A stretch of DNA of 63,988 nucleotides, the filler included, from Choristocarpus tenellus KU-1152 (taxonomy: Eukaryota; Protista; Phaeophyceae): assembly GCA_964200185.2 (NCBI GenBank). It is 9 parts of 9 records of this genome, joined end to end, with 100 filler letters (N's around TTAATTAATTAA, not from the genome) between each part and the next. Parts side by side here need not be neighbours in the genome. Positions count along the whole stretch, not along the records: positions 35,069 to 53,032 come from CAXNAD020000598.1; 8 more parts are not named here. The stretch is one strand, 5' to 3'. The position numbers and the translations under genes are program-made. Position 1 is the first letter of the stretch, and each line of letters starts with the position of its first letter. Below the pieces are notes generated by a model. The model was given only the letters and a program-made list of their open reading frames with translations. It searched no databases and had not been told where the DNA came from. Shown piece after piece: positions 38,401 to 51,063 of the stretch.

Positions 38401-41400
38401 AGGGGTTGGGAAAAGCAGCATACACAATGGACTACCTACCATTCCCAGGTAAGGGCTATTTTGTCGAGCAGATCACATATATGTTCAGCAGCAAGGGCTT
38501 CTGGCGCACATAGAAAGAAGCCCAGGCAAAGGGATCAAAGAAGCAGTAGAAGTTGTAAATTCATCATTTCAGTATTTCTCCAGGGGAAAAATAAAAATTG
38601 TGGCTTTTAGCCTGTTGGAATCTACCCCCCCTCCCCCTTCTCATTCCCCACATTGTCCAATGTACTAGACGCACTATGCCTCAATTTCCTACTCCTTGGC
38701 TCTACTAGTTCACAGGAGCTGGCCCATATTTTTTCTGTGTTATTTGAAGCACCCGAGAATGTTTTCTCCCTGGCAGTATGAGGAAGAACACCCGTACTAG
38801 GTTAGTAGGGGGACTTCAATCTGGAGTGTGCATGTTTGAATTGTGGTGAGATTCCTGCCCTGTTAGTGATGCACAAAGATCCAGGGATGACCTTGGTGAG
38901 GTAGCAGTGAGAAGCCAATGCTTCCAGTTTTGCATGGGAATGTGCCCTAAAAACTATTGTTGGTTGCTTTGGGGAAGTATCAAAGGGGGGTTGACATTGT
39001 AAGGTTACCCAGACAAAATTGCAAAAAAGGAAACTGGACAATGGAGAGGATGTTCCATCATGAAGGAGATTAAGCTGAAGGCAGACAAGACAGGGTGACT
39101 ACAAATGAAGGATGCACAAAGCTCCTAAAGCTAGATAAAGTGTCTGCATAGCAAGGTGGAGAAATACCCTATCAGAAGCAGCAACAACCAAGCTGCACAA
39201 TCTTCTTTGCATCACCCCCACATGGTTTTGTCAAGTGTCAAGCACTCCACCTCTAATTCAAGGGTATACTGTTATTTAATTGTACTATAGTATGTGGAGC
39301 AGTGGTTGAGGTTCTTCCCTCTACTTCAGTCATCCTCCCCACTCACCTTTTTGACTATACATTCAATTAGCTACTCCAGACCAAACAATGCTCTCCTTAT
39401 CATATGCTGCTGCTTGTGATGATGCAGATGTCCCTAGGTATGTGCTTCAAAATGCAAACATCCAGCAACGCATGGCTCCCTACCTGCCCCAACCTTCAAA
39501 TGACGGAGAGTGGGAAAGGAAGGGAGGTGAGGTCAATAAAACGTTCAGTCCTAAAGCCAATGAAGCACCAGCTATAAGGAAAGCAGATGGCACAGGAGGC
39601 AAGGAAGAAGGTGGAAGCCCGGGTCAGGATACTTCTTTTGGCAGCGATGATATGGAGACTCTCTTCCTTTCTTACCTTGTTGTGAGCAATCCTGGACAAC
39701 CTAGAATGAGCGAAGCCAGGGTTGGTAGATGTGATGGTATAGGAGGTGGTGTTGCCCTTGCTGTAGCAGTGGTGACCTTGGCAAAGGAGAAAGATGTCCG
39801 TGATCTAGTGCGCAACAGTTGGCTCAACAAAGTGAACACTGAAGCGGGGCTCATTGAGGGTCGTTTCTTTGTTAGTCTCCTTGATGGAGGTGGGGTGGTT
39901 CCCGCAGAGTTGTTGAGAGAAGTCAGGGAGAACAAGGATGTGATAGTAGTGCGGGTGAGAGAGGGTGAAAATCAACGTACAGAGCTTGACATGGCAGTGG
40001 CATCCTTTGCTTGGGGCGCCCGAGCTTGCCGGGCCAGCTTTGTGCTCAGGTGAGCTTGTGTAGTGACGTTGAACGTTTTGCGGAGGAGAAGGTAGGCATA
40101 GTGAAGTGAATAATATGGAAGGTGGTGATACATTGTGGGGGGTGGAGGGATATTGCTCCAAGAATTTGATGTGTGTAGTAAGGACATTTACATACATATC
40201 ATCCTTGTGTGCTTCAGAATAGGAGAGTAACAATGTTACTGAATGGAAAAGGACTACTATATTCCAAGGAGCACTTCTCAAGAGGAAGACAAACGCAATA
40301 GTTCCTGTTGTGTAATGAGCTGTTTTTTGCTGTGCAAAATTTGCATTTCACATTGTATCTAATGTCGTGAAGGAGATAGACACAGAAGAAGTACTCCAGC
40401 ATGCAATAATGGGATAGTTTGAAGCATTTTCCTCACAGTTCATACAGCATCAAGGGATAAACACAACATGAGGTTGGGTTGTTCAAAACAAATGCAACAC
40501 GTTCTTCCTCCACCATTAAAGCCAAGTTGAAGAAATTAAAAACAGGACACTGTGGTGACGGAGAGCTGTGCACTCTTACTTGATCGTGAGGAAATGTTGG
40601 GATCACTTCATAATGAACATGTGTGTCTCATTCCCAATCCATCCGCGCATTTACTGCTGGTGCCAACTAAAGAGTCCTTGCTTTAGCACTTTTGGTAGGA
40701 CACGGAGAACAGAGCACTAAACTGTGACAAGCATGAGTCCATGTGGCACAACAGAAAGTCATTACTCCAAACACATCATCACCCTTACCCCAATGCATTC
40801 TTGCTGCACATGCTCATTGCATGCATTATATGGACTACACTGAGGCAAAGTAAAGAGAGGTACCCAGGTTTTGGTCGTTTTGCTTTTTTTTTTATTCATT
40901 TATATTTGTTTGGATTCAGTACTATGATGGATTGGAGAGCATTGATTTCTATATTGCAGGAAACGTTTCGACTGAATTTAGAAAATTCCCCACATGCATT
41001 TGTACATAATGGCAAAACTTGCACATATTTGTCAACATCCTTAAAATGCAACCCTGGATAACTCTCACACACTTTGACTCTATGACAACATTTCTCCTTG
41101 TAATATCTGTATTGGTGCAGGAGTGATGGGATGGTGGCAATTCACCTATCACCTACAAGAGCACTGGAGATACTGTCAAGGTATCCTCCTGTTGGCCTTT
41201 ATGCCAAAGCCATCCTAGAACCCTTCAGCAGCAGCAAAGGCTGCTCTGGCAGCATCTGCAATAGCAATTCCCAGGGAAATGATGGGAATAAGGGCAGCCA
41301 GAGGTCAACATGGGAAGTGGTGAACAAACAGGTGAAATACACCCAACAGTATCCTCCTGAATATGCAGATGTGCCACTTGAGGCATTATCTCAAGACCTT

Positions 41401-41568
41401 GCAGACACTGTGGCTGATGTTGCAGCTCCTGGCACATGGGGCCACTCTCGGGTCTCCAGCATGGATGAGGCAGTGCAATTGGCTACGACAGGGACCTTTA
41501 GTGGACAAGTGATTGGTCTCGAAAAGGCTATCATAGTGGAGGACGGCATTGATCCTGGTGGATGTCAG
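35473..41568 (+). CDS. Glycosyltransferase fusion: GT17 (MGAT3/GnT-III-like) domain followed by a GT31 (Galactosyl_T)-like domain; partial at both ends
   Basis: Exons 35473-35615, 36068-36187, 37197-37293, 38329-38391, 39371-40049 and 41121-41568 splice in frame. GT17 motifs: DMDEIP...LIKHC, AGWHASYF...IIRKLEAFSHTEFN, GRDLFGR, VPRYVLQN. GT31-like: RDLVRNSW...GRFFV...ELLREVRENKDVIVV...WGAR...FVLR. Confidence 0.8.
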
Positions 41569-43754
41569 GTATCTCAAGCTTGATCACCATAGAGAGTGGT
41601 TGATATTTTCAACGAGCATACACATATCTGATCCCGGTACAAAGCATCAACTCAGTAGTAGCATTACTTGTCGATAGTGGAGAAGAGAGAGGTTCCTTTG
41701 GTGATCTCATCAAGTTGAGAAGCGAGTAAGTAGGTGGTTCCGGTTTACACCATGACCCTATCCCTTGATCAGTTTTGACAGTGCAAACTCATTATGAAAA
41801 ACACAAGGACACTGGCACATATTGACAAGGGCAGATAAGTGAAGGTCTTTCAGGGTGAGCATATGTGAAGGGGATTTTTCTTCGCGGGTTCAGAGTGTTT
41901 CCTCCTCAACATGGAGATACGCAGTTAGGCACATGCTTTAGAAGAAAAATCCATGTCAAATCCACCTCAACTAACTGGCCTTCTGGACAGGAAGATCATT
42001 GACTGTGTGGAGATCATCCCTCCCACATAATGCTCAACCTAGGATAGCATGGCATAATCACAAGCAGTGTTTAGAATCGTGCCAATTTAATTAAATCACA
42101 GTTTAATTGAAACCAAAAACCTTGTTACCAATTTTTCAGTTACTCAGTTATTTTTTTCCCTTGGATTTTCTCCAGGAGAGAAGGACAACACAGGCACACA
42201 AACAACAACACCAAGCACAATAAACACATCTAGGACTGCATAGTAAGACATTGTGCTCAGGTACTCCGAAGATGCTGAGGGTGGGTACCTACACGAGCAG
42301 ACATTGACCATCTGCAGGGTGTGCCCTTATGTGTGGAGGTCGATGGCAAAGAAGGTGAAGGGTCAGGTGAAGACACAAAATCTGCCTTGAAGGGAGACAG
42401 TGTAGTGAGTCACCAATGGTAAAATTTGGGCTGCTTGCTGGAGGAACATCACCATGTCACAACCCACCATTGTATACATCTATGTTTGAAGGCCATAGCA
42501 GGTGTAGCGGTCAACAGGGGAAGGGGGAAAAGATGCAATGAAATCAGCTCAAGCATCTGATGGTGCCTATTTAAAGTCCAGCCAATGCAAGGAGCGCTTG
42601 GAGGAGAGGCACATTATTATTGAGGCAAAGGCAGGATGTATTTCGACTCATTGTTGATCCACATATTCCATAGTGGACTGCTTCTCAAACCTGCCATCAT
42701 TTTTCAGGAGAAGATTGATGGTCACCCAAAACATATTTCAACATTTGAGTGAGGAGGCAAAGGGTCCATAGTATCCTAGAGGGAGGAGAGTGCTGTTTAG
42801 ACCAAGTGATACCATTCAGGTCTTGATACGGTGTTGTTAGATACCCATTTTGCTGGTTGTTTTCCTTTAGATTTAGTGTAGGCAGGAGTATGGAAAAGGA
42901 AGGTGCATTCAGATGAAGTTGCCCTTACATCTGACATGTTCATACAATGCGGAATCACTACAGGGTCACACAGGCCCTGAATGGGCAGGGGCTATAATAC
43001 TGTGGACCAAGCAGTTGGAATAGGAATGTATTCCAGAGTAACACAGAAAGTGAAGTTCTTCTGAGCCAAAGTAAACAAAAAGAACCCAGTTTTTTTATCA
43101 TTTTACATTTTAAGCCAGTTTTTCAGTATTTTGTGATGCACCCCATATTTCGATCGATGAAGTGCTAAGTTTGACTTGAGAGAGTTTGTCTACTGTTTGA
43201 ATGATTTGGGCAAAATTTGGAAAAAAAAAGCCTACACACTTTTCTTAAAAAGGCAAATTTTGCACATATTTGCCTGTCTGTATCTTTTAGATGCGACTCT
43301 GAGCTCTACTATTGTTATTATCAGTTTACCGGTACATTTGTTGTTCCACACCTCTTGCTTTCTTCAACTCTCCACGATGGACGGATGTAGATGCCACCCA
43401 TCATCTAACCTATTGACAGATACTGTATGCTACAACTTTCTAGCATTATGTATATTGCCATGTACCAGCTACACAACCCTTTCATCGCATCACAAGCATG
43501 ACAGTTGTCTCCTTTTGACTTCGTTTTTTATATAACGTATTAGTACACCTGAAGAAAGCACAGAAAACCTGTTGCTACTTTGAAGCCACCTTCCCCCTTC
43601 ACACATGGCAATGAAAGTGGTAGATGTCAATGCACAATTACAAGCACAATTATGCACAATTACAATTGTCACCAGATTAAACACATCCCTTTGGTACAGG
43701 TGAGAACAGGCAGAGGATAGGGTTTGGTACCAGCTACTGAAGAAGATCCCACCA

Positions 43755-44009
43755 GAGCCAAAGTATCTTAGAGGGTAGAGCCCTGTCCATTTGGGGGTCA
43801 AAATTTAATGTTGTGATTTTGATGTAATTTTTGGTATTGTGTTTGTTAGGAAGTGTCCATATCCATGTTCTGGACACACCTTTTCATTACGTATACAATT
43901 CACGTACTCCGAAACATTTTGGAGTAGGAAAATGTCATAAAAAAACCCACGGGAAGCCAAACCCCAAATGGACAGGGCAAAACTCATACCCTCTAAGATA
44001 CTTTCACTC
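43755..44009. mobile_element. MITE, GAG...CTC termini, 4-bp TSD ACCA
   Basis: 255 bp, opposite orientation to 33129-33385. ACCA at 43751-43754 and 44010-44013. Confidence 0.92.
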
Positions 44010-45683
44010 ACCACCAAAACTCTTCACATTTCTAAGAAAAACATAGGACATTTGAAGGCAAGTGCAACCGGATGTTCTATGCATTGCAAAGAAGCATAGA
44101 GCAGAGCAGGGCGGAGAAGGCAAGTCCTGTGGGGAAACTAAGCTCCATATCCACACACCATCCATCATGAGCAGGGGCAACTTTCCATAAATGGTGGGAT
44201 ATTGGAGATTATTCATAATCATGTACATTTATGTCACATCACCCATATTCAACACCAGAATTCCATGAACATTATGTTTAATGCATCGACCTCCATCTCC
44301 ACATTGTGTGCACACAAATCACGCCTCAATGGTGATTGATTATGTGTCCACTTTTCTTTCAGATGGACAATTAGAGATTGTTAAAAGAGTTCAAATTTTT
44401 CACGTTGTCAGCATTCAACAAAAAATAAAATACTTATCTTGATGTTGGATTTGTTCCAATGAAATCATAAAATGAGCACTTTCTGTCATTATCCATCATC
44501 CTGCACAAGAACTGGTGTATTGCAAAACTGTACCATATGGCAACCATCTTTATGTTCTACTGCTGGAACTTTATCAAAGTTATATATATTAGGTGAAAAT
44601 ACTCAAGCTCTACTACTGTACTATATACTCCAATGCAGGTACCAAGTACATCTAAGAGATCATGACACCTTTACTGTCCTAAACATCAAAAAAATCTCCC
44701 CCGGCTATCTGCACTGGCTACTCTTCCTGCATCAGTCTACAACCTTAGCCTCCCCCCCTTAGTACACAGCCAAAGTGATTCCTACCAAACGAATAAAACT
44801 ATACTTGTCAACTAGCACAATATATTGCACTGCCTCTGTTCAGTTCTCATGCATTGCACAGCTAAACAAGTCTTTCTTTGAATTCAAGACTCAACATTTC
44901 ATGTGACATGCCTGCCTGCAAGGGGACTCTTATTTGTCGAGTCTTGCTCCTCAAAGTCACTTGTACACAACTCCCTCTCTGTACACATATCACGGAAGTA
45001 CCCTCATAGGTCAATACAATTTGCCTATTGCTGCCTTGGTAAGGTTAATTCAAGAGGTGGGTGCGGCATTCAGTCAGCCTTGAGGTTTCTAGCACTCCCT
45101 TGGATGCTAAACACATCTGCAACCAACCTAAGATACACCATCAGTCTACTTCTTTCATCCCTGCATTGGTACTTACCAGAGAAAAACTGCTTCCATCCAT
45201 GTCTTACAAGGATAAGTGTTCTCTTTACAAAAGTTGTATGAGAAGACACATCCTCCATCCACGCATAGATAACAAGATAACAAATCTCCTCCCTCTTCTA
45301 AGATATAATACCTTAAAATGTTGGAAGGACATCGAAGCTAATTATTGAATTGCAGTTACATAATCCCAATATCTAAACAAGAACCCATTATCTAACCTGC
45401 TGAACAATAATACATAGAACTTGACACACAACACTACACAGATTGATGCGAGTGGTAAGACTCCCCCCCACCTTGTCAACTATCCATCACTGCGTCCAAC
45501 AAAGAGGTACACATTATACCCACAGATGAATGAGTCAGTGATGAGATCACAGATGTTGGGGGGGGGAAACCTGGTGACCAGTTCCTCCCGTCAAGCAATC
45601 TCCACACACACACTTGTAGAATGCGGGATTTTACACCCTCTTTGCTTTTCACTTTCACAGACAAGCTGGATGTAGCAGGGGGC

Positions 45684-48600
45684 TTAGTCACAGCATTTCC
45701 GGAAGATGAAGAAGCACCAACTGAACAAGGATTAGGATAAAATTACTTTAGTGATTCTTACAAAGAGAGTTTCAAATAGGAAAGCAGGGTCTAAAGAGGG
45801 GTGGAGTAGTTTTGGATAGGTCACGAGGAGAATGAAATAACCATTTATCCCTCAGGCTAAAAAGTATAGCTGATGACTACACAGGCAGTGAGTCATGAGT
45901 TGGGCATCAGTATGAACAAGATAATAGAAAAATTGATAGTGGTGATACCAGAAATCAGTTTTACTTGGTACTTACTTAAAAGCTTACTCCCCAATTTGTC
46001 ATTTTGGAAAGATCACAGATCAAAGAAGGTTTGCTCTTCCATGAATCAAATTTTCTCAAACACAAATAAACAGCAAATATGCTTGTAGGACACCTGTGTG
46101 GTCAAAAATGTTGCACATAGTATCAACAACACAACTCTTACCTTAGCACCCCATTCGTTGAAGCATCAGCCCAGTGGTGAAGATCCATTGTAAGCTCCTC
46201 GATGTATTCAGGAGAAGTGTGCTCAAGCATATCATTCTTATGTTCTTTCATCGCCTGCATTTGCAATAGTTATAACAAAAGGGAGAGGAAAATGGGCAGG
46301 TTGGAAAAGTCTAGGTTGAAATTGCATTCTCCCCCACCACACACACGTGCCATAACATTAAACAGAGTACGTGGTCCGTATGAATGAACTCTGCATTCGA
46401 AGTCACACCTCTAGGATGGTCTCGAAGTGCACAGCCATCGAAGCTGTCTTGTCAATACACTCCACAATCTCAAACCCAGCACCCACTGCCATTGCAATGA
46501 AAGACTCAGTGGTCTGCATCACAGACAGCTGGAGGCGGGGTAGGATAGGATCTAGCTCGGATTGTGTCACCTGATAGAAATTGTGAACAAGAGTGATATG
46601 GACAATGAAGTCAAGGAGATAGTTCAAGACAAGTAATTAAGAAAGGGGCAAGAAGGGGTACATGGTTTATTGCTCCTGTTTTTAACCACAACCAAAGAAA
46701 TATTAGGTTTGCTAAAGAGTAGTCTGCATGGCATGACGTTAGTACATAGTGTTTAAGGGACAAGGTGAAACTTTACGTAATCATGCTAGACAGGAAATAT
46801 TTATCAACAGTGGCAAAGGAATGGAGATTTAGGATGTAGGATGGGCGAACAGAAAGTAAGTAGACAATTCACCTTCGGCCCACACAAAATATTGGTTATT
46901 GCCAAAGTGCCCCTAGGTACTAGGAGTCTGGCTGCCTCAGCCAGGGCCAGATGTACCGTATTGCCAGCATGACATAGCGCATCCTGTTTCAGTGTTGAGA
47001 GTGAAGGAATGACAAGGAAGACAATGTTCAGCAGTAATTACAACATCAGTTTGAGAAGACTCCAAATGTCAAATCCCCACCATTGTCTTGTCCTATTAAA
47101 GGTAGCAAGTCGTATCCTCTCACACCTTCCCAGAGAAAACAGAACTCTTTTATATGGGCAACAAGCTCCTACTCCCATCCTTGCCTGTGAGAAGCACAGG
47201 TCGAAGGATGCTGAGGGGAGTTCGGTGGCAAAGAAACTCATTTCCTTGCAAATGTGGACAAGGTCACTAAGTCCAGCCTCTGCAGTGAGACGTCGATTAC
47301 ATTCGTTTGCCTCCTGAGAAAGATCAACGCAGGTCACAGTGGCCCCAAAGTTGCCTGCAGCATAACGCGCTCCTGAACCAAAGCCAGAGCCAAACTCAAC
47401 TGCGCGGGAATAGGCACAAGGACAAGCCTTGGAGAACAACAAGGCTGTGCTATCCTCACATGCCTGTTGAGTGAAAAAGATTATAGCAGGTTAACATAGT
47501 GTGAAGGGGTGGCAAGATGCTTACATTTATTGGGATGCTGGGATATTGTCATGACAATTGTAGACAGTACTAACCTAACAATGAGTAGAACATTAGTAAA
47601 CTTTACAATATTCCCTGTTTCTTGCCTGAATAACGTGCTCAACAGAAGGCATCTCAGGTTTCATTTCACCATTGTAGATCCCAATGTGCTGATGCCGTCC
47701 TCCCCAAACCTTGTTGTAGAAGTATTGAGAGAAGCTAGTAGGAAATGTCAACATCACAAACAAAAACCAAAAACACCATGCATTTGTCAAAGACAGAATA
47801 TTAAGGGTGTGAAGAATAGGAACGTAACGGGAAAGGGAAAAAAATAACCATGGTATTCAAATGACTGAAGGCAAACACAAGCAAACATCTGACAGGCTTT
47901 GACCCATGCAAACATCTGTACCTGAATCACCATTACGAGTACAGCAACTAATCCATTCATCCAGCAACATATTTCTTTGATCTTTCAAGGAAGAGAAAGA
48001 ATAAGGTGAACAACATACAATACATATTGCTCAACAAGACCTTACCTGTCACTATAGTGATTCAGGATGGGGGACTCCACATCTTCAACCTTTGATGTGA
48101 GGCATGGTGAGGCAGGTGCTGCAGGCGGTGTCCTGCTTCCATTTACAGTCGAAGGCAGGATGTTTTGATAAAGAGTGGATGCCTTGTGAGAAGACTTCTT
48201 TCCACCAGAGCAAGTGCATAGAACACCGACCCCAACCTCAGTGATGTCCAGGACATTAAAGCCGTATTTCTCCAGGGTCTGCACGTTAGATAATGTGCGG
48301 GGATCGAAGGGAACGGATTAGGGTACATAATAATTCATTCCATTCAACAATTTTGGCTCTAGTTTGTGAAAATTAATGTTATGGTGAAATAGAGGCACTG
48401 CTCAGGGTATGTGAGAAGAAACAGGTGCAAACTAAGGTTCCCTCTCCAAATCCTGAATGAAAAAACAATCCTCACCACACGAGCTTCCTTCGCATTAGTC
48501 CACTTTGTCAAATAACCATCAACAGTGCACAGTTTTCGGTTCTTGAAGTCAATTTCAGCACCCTTGAGACTACCACACAGAGCTGACTGGACAGAATAGA

Positions 48601-51063
48601 AGTGCTGCAATGCATCTCCAAACTTGTCACCATTCCAGAAGCCCACCACAATTATGCCCCTTTCGCCTGCCAAGTCCTTCATCTACAGCACAGAAGGACC
48701 AGACAACAGTTCAGGAAAAAAAAAAGTGAGAGATAAGTAAACTATTGTTTACGACTTTGTCCTATCGAACAAATTTACCTTCAGGTTAAAGTTAGGATAG
48801 TGGAGGGTTGACCATCTGCAAATAAGCTGTCAATCATATTCTGCACACACTCTGGAGACAAAAAAATTGAGCAACCTAAAATAAAACACTATGACCACCT
48901 CAGCCCACTTGACCACACAAATATTACCAACACTCAGACCTGCTGATATGTTTTGGGCTTGATATCCTCTGGGAAGACACCAAGGGTGTTATTGACACAT
49001 GTTACAACAACATTTCCCTGAGAAGCAGATGGCACATGCAAATTCACAAGGTCAACCAGGTCTGTTGCACTCCCAGCACAAAAGGTTACCTAAGGGACAG
49101 GATGGTTTACAGGATGGTTGGGGCAAGACAAGAGAAAGACGGTGAGCCTTCAGAGCAAATCGAAAGGGTTATGGTTGGGACTTGGCCTGGTGATGGGACT
49201 ATGGTAGGATTATGTTCTAGGGCTCAGCATGTGTGTGAGGTTTTGGCTGATACATAAGACCAACAGAGCAAAAGACTCTGGTCGAACCCCACAACCAGGG
49301 GAACAATGAAGGCCAAGTTCCACTTCCTAACAGTACCTGCACATTCCACTGCTGTCCAGAGGATCCCCACGATTGCATGGGCGAGAACACCAGTTCCGAA
49401 AAAAATTTGCTACCCATGGTACGCTGGCCGCCTGTGCCACACACACAAATGACTGCCATAACAATAAAATCCAGAGATGACAAAAACAGTCAGGGACGAA
49501 TCCCAAGAACTCTCAACTTGACAACATAACCTTGTGGTTCCAACCAAATAAAGGAGGGGTTAGAAAGCGTGACCAAGAAGACATGTGGGGGAGGGGGGAA
49601 AGGCGAGTACGAGAGCAAGACGTGGCAAGGGAGGTTACGGGGAAGGGGACAGCAGTGAGGAAAGGTATTCTTAGCAGGAGGCAAGCAGTGGGGATAAGAG
49701 AGTAAGAACAACAATGGAAAGGTAACAAAGGAAGTAATAAAAGGCTTCAATTACACTAATCATCCCCCCAAAAAAAGGAAAATTGAATAACTGAGCTCAT
49801 GACTGGCTAAGGTCAGTTCGGTGTGGTTGATATTTTGTTACCTACATTTCTTTATGTTGAATAGAAGAAATCAACACATACCTTAGCTTATGAAATTTTG
49901 AAACAATGAAAAATATGAAGAGCCATTTCCAAATAGAATTGCCAAACCTCAAGTAACCAGTCAGAGAAAGGTCCAAAGGTCACAGCAAATAAGCCACCTT
50001 TTAGAAAACATCTGAAGTGGACGTATTGGATATTTGGGTCTAAAGAGTTTGAATACTCTTTTCAAAAAATAAGGGGTTCTTCCTCGGATGCCTCGCCACC
50101 AGTTTACTCATTGTTGCCGCACTACACAACAAGACCATTAACAGTTACATGTCAAAAGAAAATTACTTCCTACATCTAGCACTACCGAACCTAAAACATG
50201 AGAAAAGATGGATTACTACGTATTTTCTTCAGGATCAGTAAATATAAATATACACCACTATTTGTGGAGCACGCCAGGGTTGACAGACTTAGATATTCTG
50301 ATAATGGCACATAGTGTTGCCTGTGGTCGCTCACCCTGTTCTCAAGGTTCTTCGGTAGTTGAAACTTGGCATACTCGAGGAATTCTTCATTGATGTCCAC
50401 GCCAATACTCTGGTCGAAGTCCCTCGCCATACTGAGGATAACGTCTCCAGTACCACAGCCTACCTCGACGTGAGTGCACCTGTCGGATTGGAAAGCGAAA
50501 AAGCTCTCACATCAGTAGTTATTTTTCAACGCCGCCACATCTCAAGAAGATAATTGAACGCCATCCATAAAATGTCCACACATCCACCGAAAGTTATTGG
50601 GGCCTCATGACTGTGTTTAAGAGAAACAAATGACCTTGAAGGGGCACCACAGTAAATTGCTGTTGCACGCTTGGTGTATATCTGTGTGTCCTTGAAGAGC
50701 CTCCAGAAGTAGCTTCCCTCGTAATACAGCGAATCATGCCATCTGTGGTCATCGGTACAGAGAAGGAATGTAGACACTGGTAAATTGTCGGTTAAGAATC
50801 CCACACACTCGAAAACAGCTCTTGGAAGCAAGACGAAAAGCAGATATTAGTAAAAATCACGAGTACGATGAATTTTATGCTCCACCGATAAGTAGGGAGA
50901 AGCCACACCTCGCGGCTGTCATGGCACTCCAGTCGCCCTTCCTGCTAAACGTGAACTTCGAGTTGGGAACCTTCGTGTCATGAACCTTTGTGTCGGACAC
51001 CTTGCCAGGAGTTTTCGCCGCAAGCTTGACATCGACCCTGCTATGTTTCCTCAAAGTTACCAT
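45684..51063 (-). CDS. Tandem class-I SAM-dependent methyltransferase, 12 exons, 602 aa; C-terminal domain sarcosine/dimethylglycine N-methyltransferase (SDMT)-like
   Basis: Exons 51063-50909, 50742-50635, 50479-50335, 49089-48940, 48682-48476, 48278-48046, 47734-47626, 47463-47185, 46983-46873, 46570-46409, 46254-46142 and 45720-45684 give 1809 nt from ATG to TAA. Domain 1: HVEVGCGTG, IGVDIN, VTCVNNTLG. Domain 2: FYNKVWGGRHQHIGIY, VEFGSGFGSGARY, FSQDALCH, LDPILPRLQL, SPEYIEE..DLHHW, WCFFIFRK. Confidence 0.9.

Noticed and set aside
42176-43050. Final exon(s) of the GT gene or a LINE RT remnant
   Set aside because: The acceptor at 42175 gives only 15 codons before a stop. The ADEVAL-like RT hint is too weak to call.
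44040-45350. DNA transposase remnant (piggyBac/Harbinger-like)
   Set aside because: It looks like decayed coding DNA, but no catalytic motif could be reconstructed.
35473-51063. Glycosyltransferase + methyltransferase biosynthetic gene cluster
   Set aside because: They are convergent neighbours on one contig, but there is no evidence of a shared pathway. Other genes are separated by artificial spacers.
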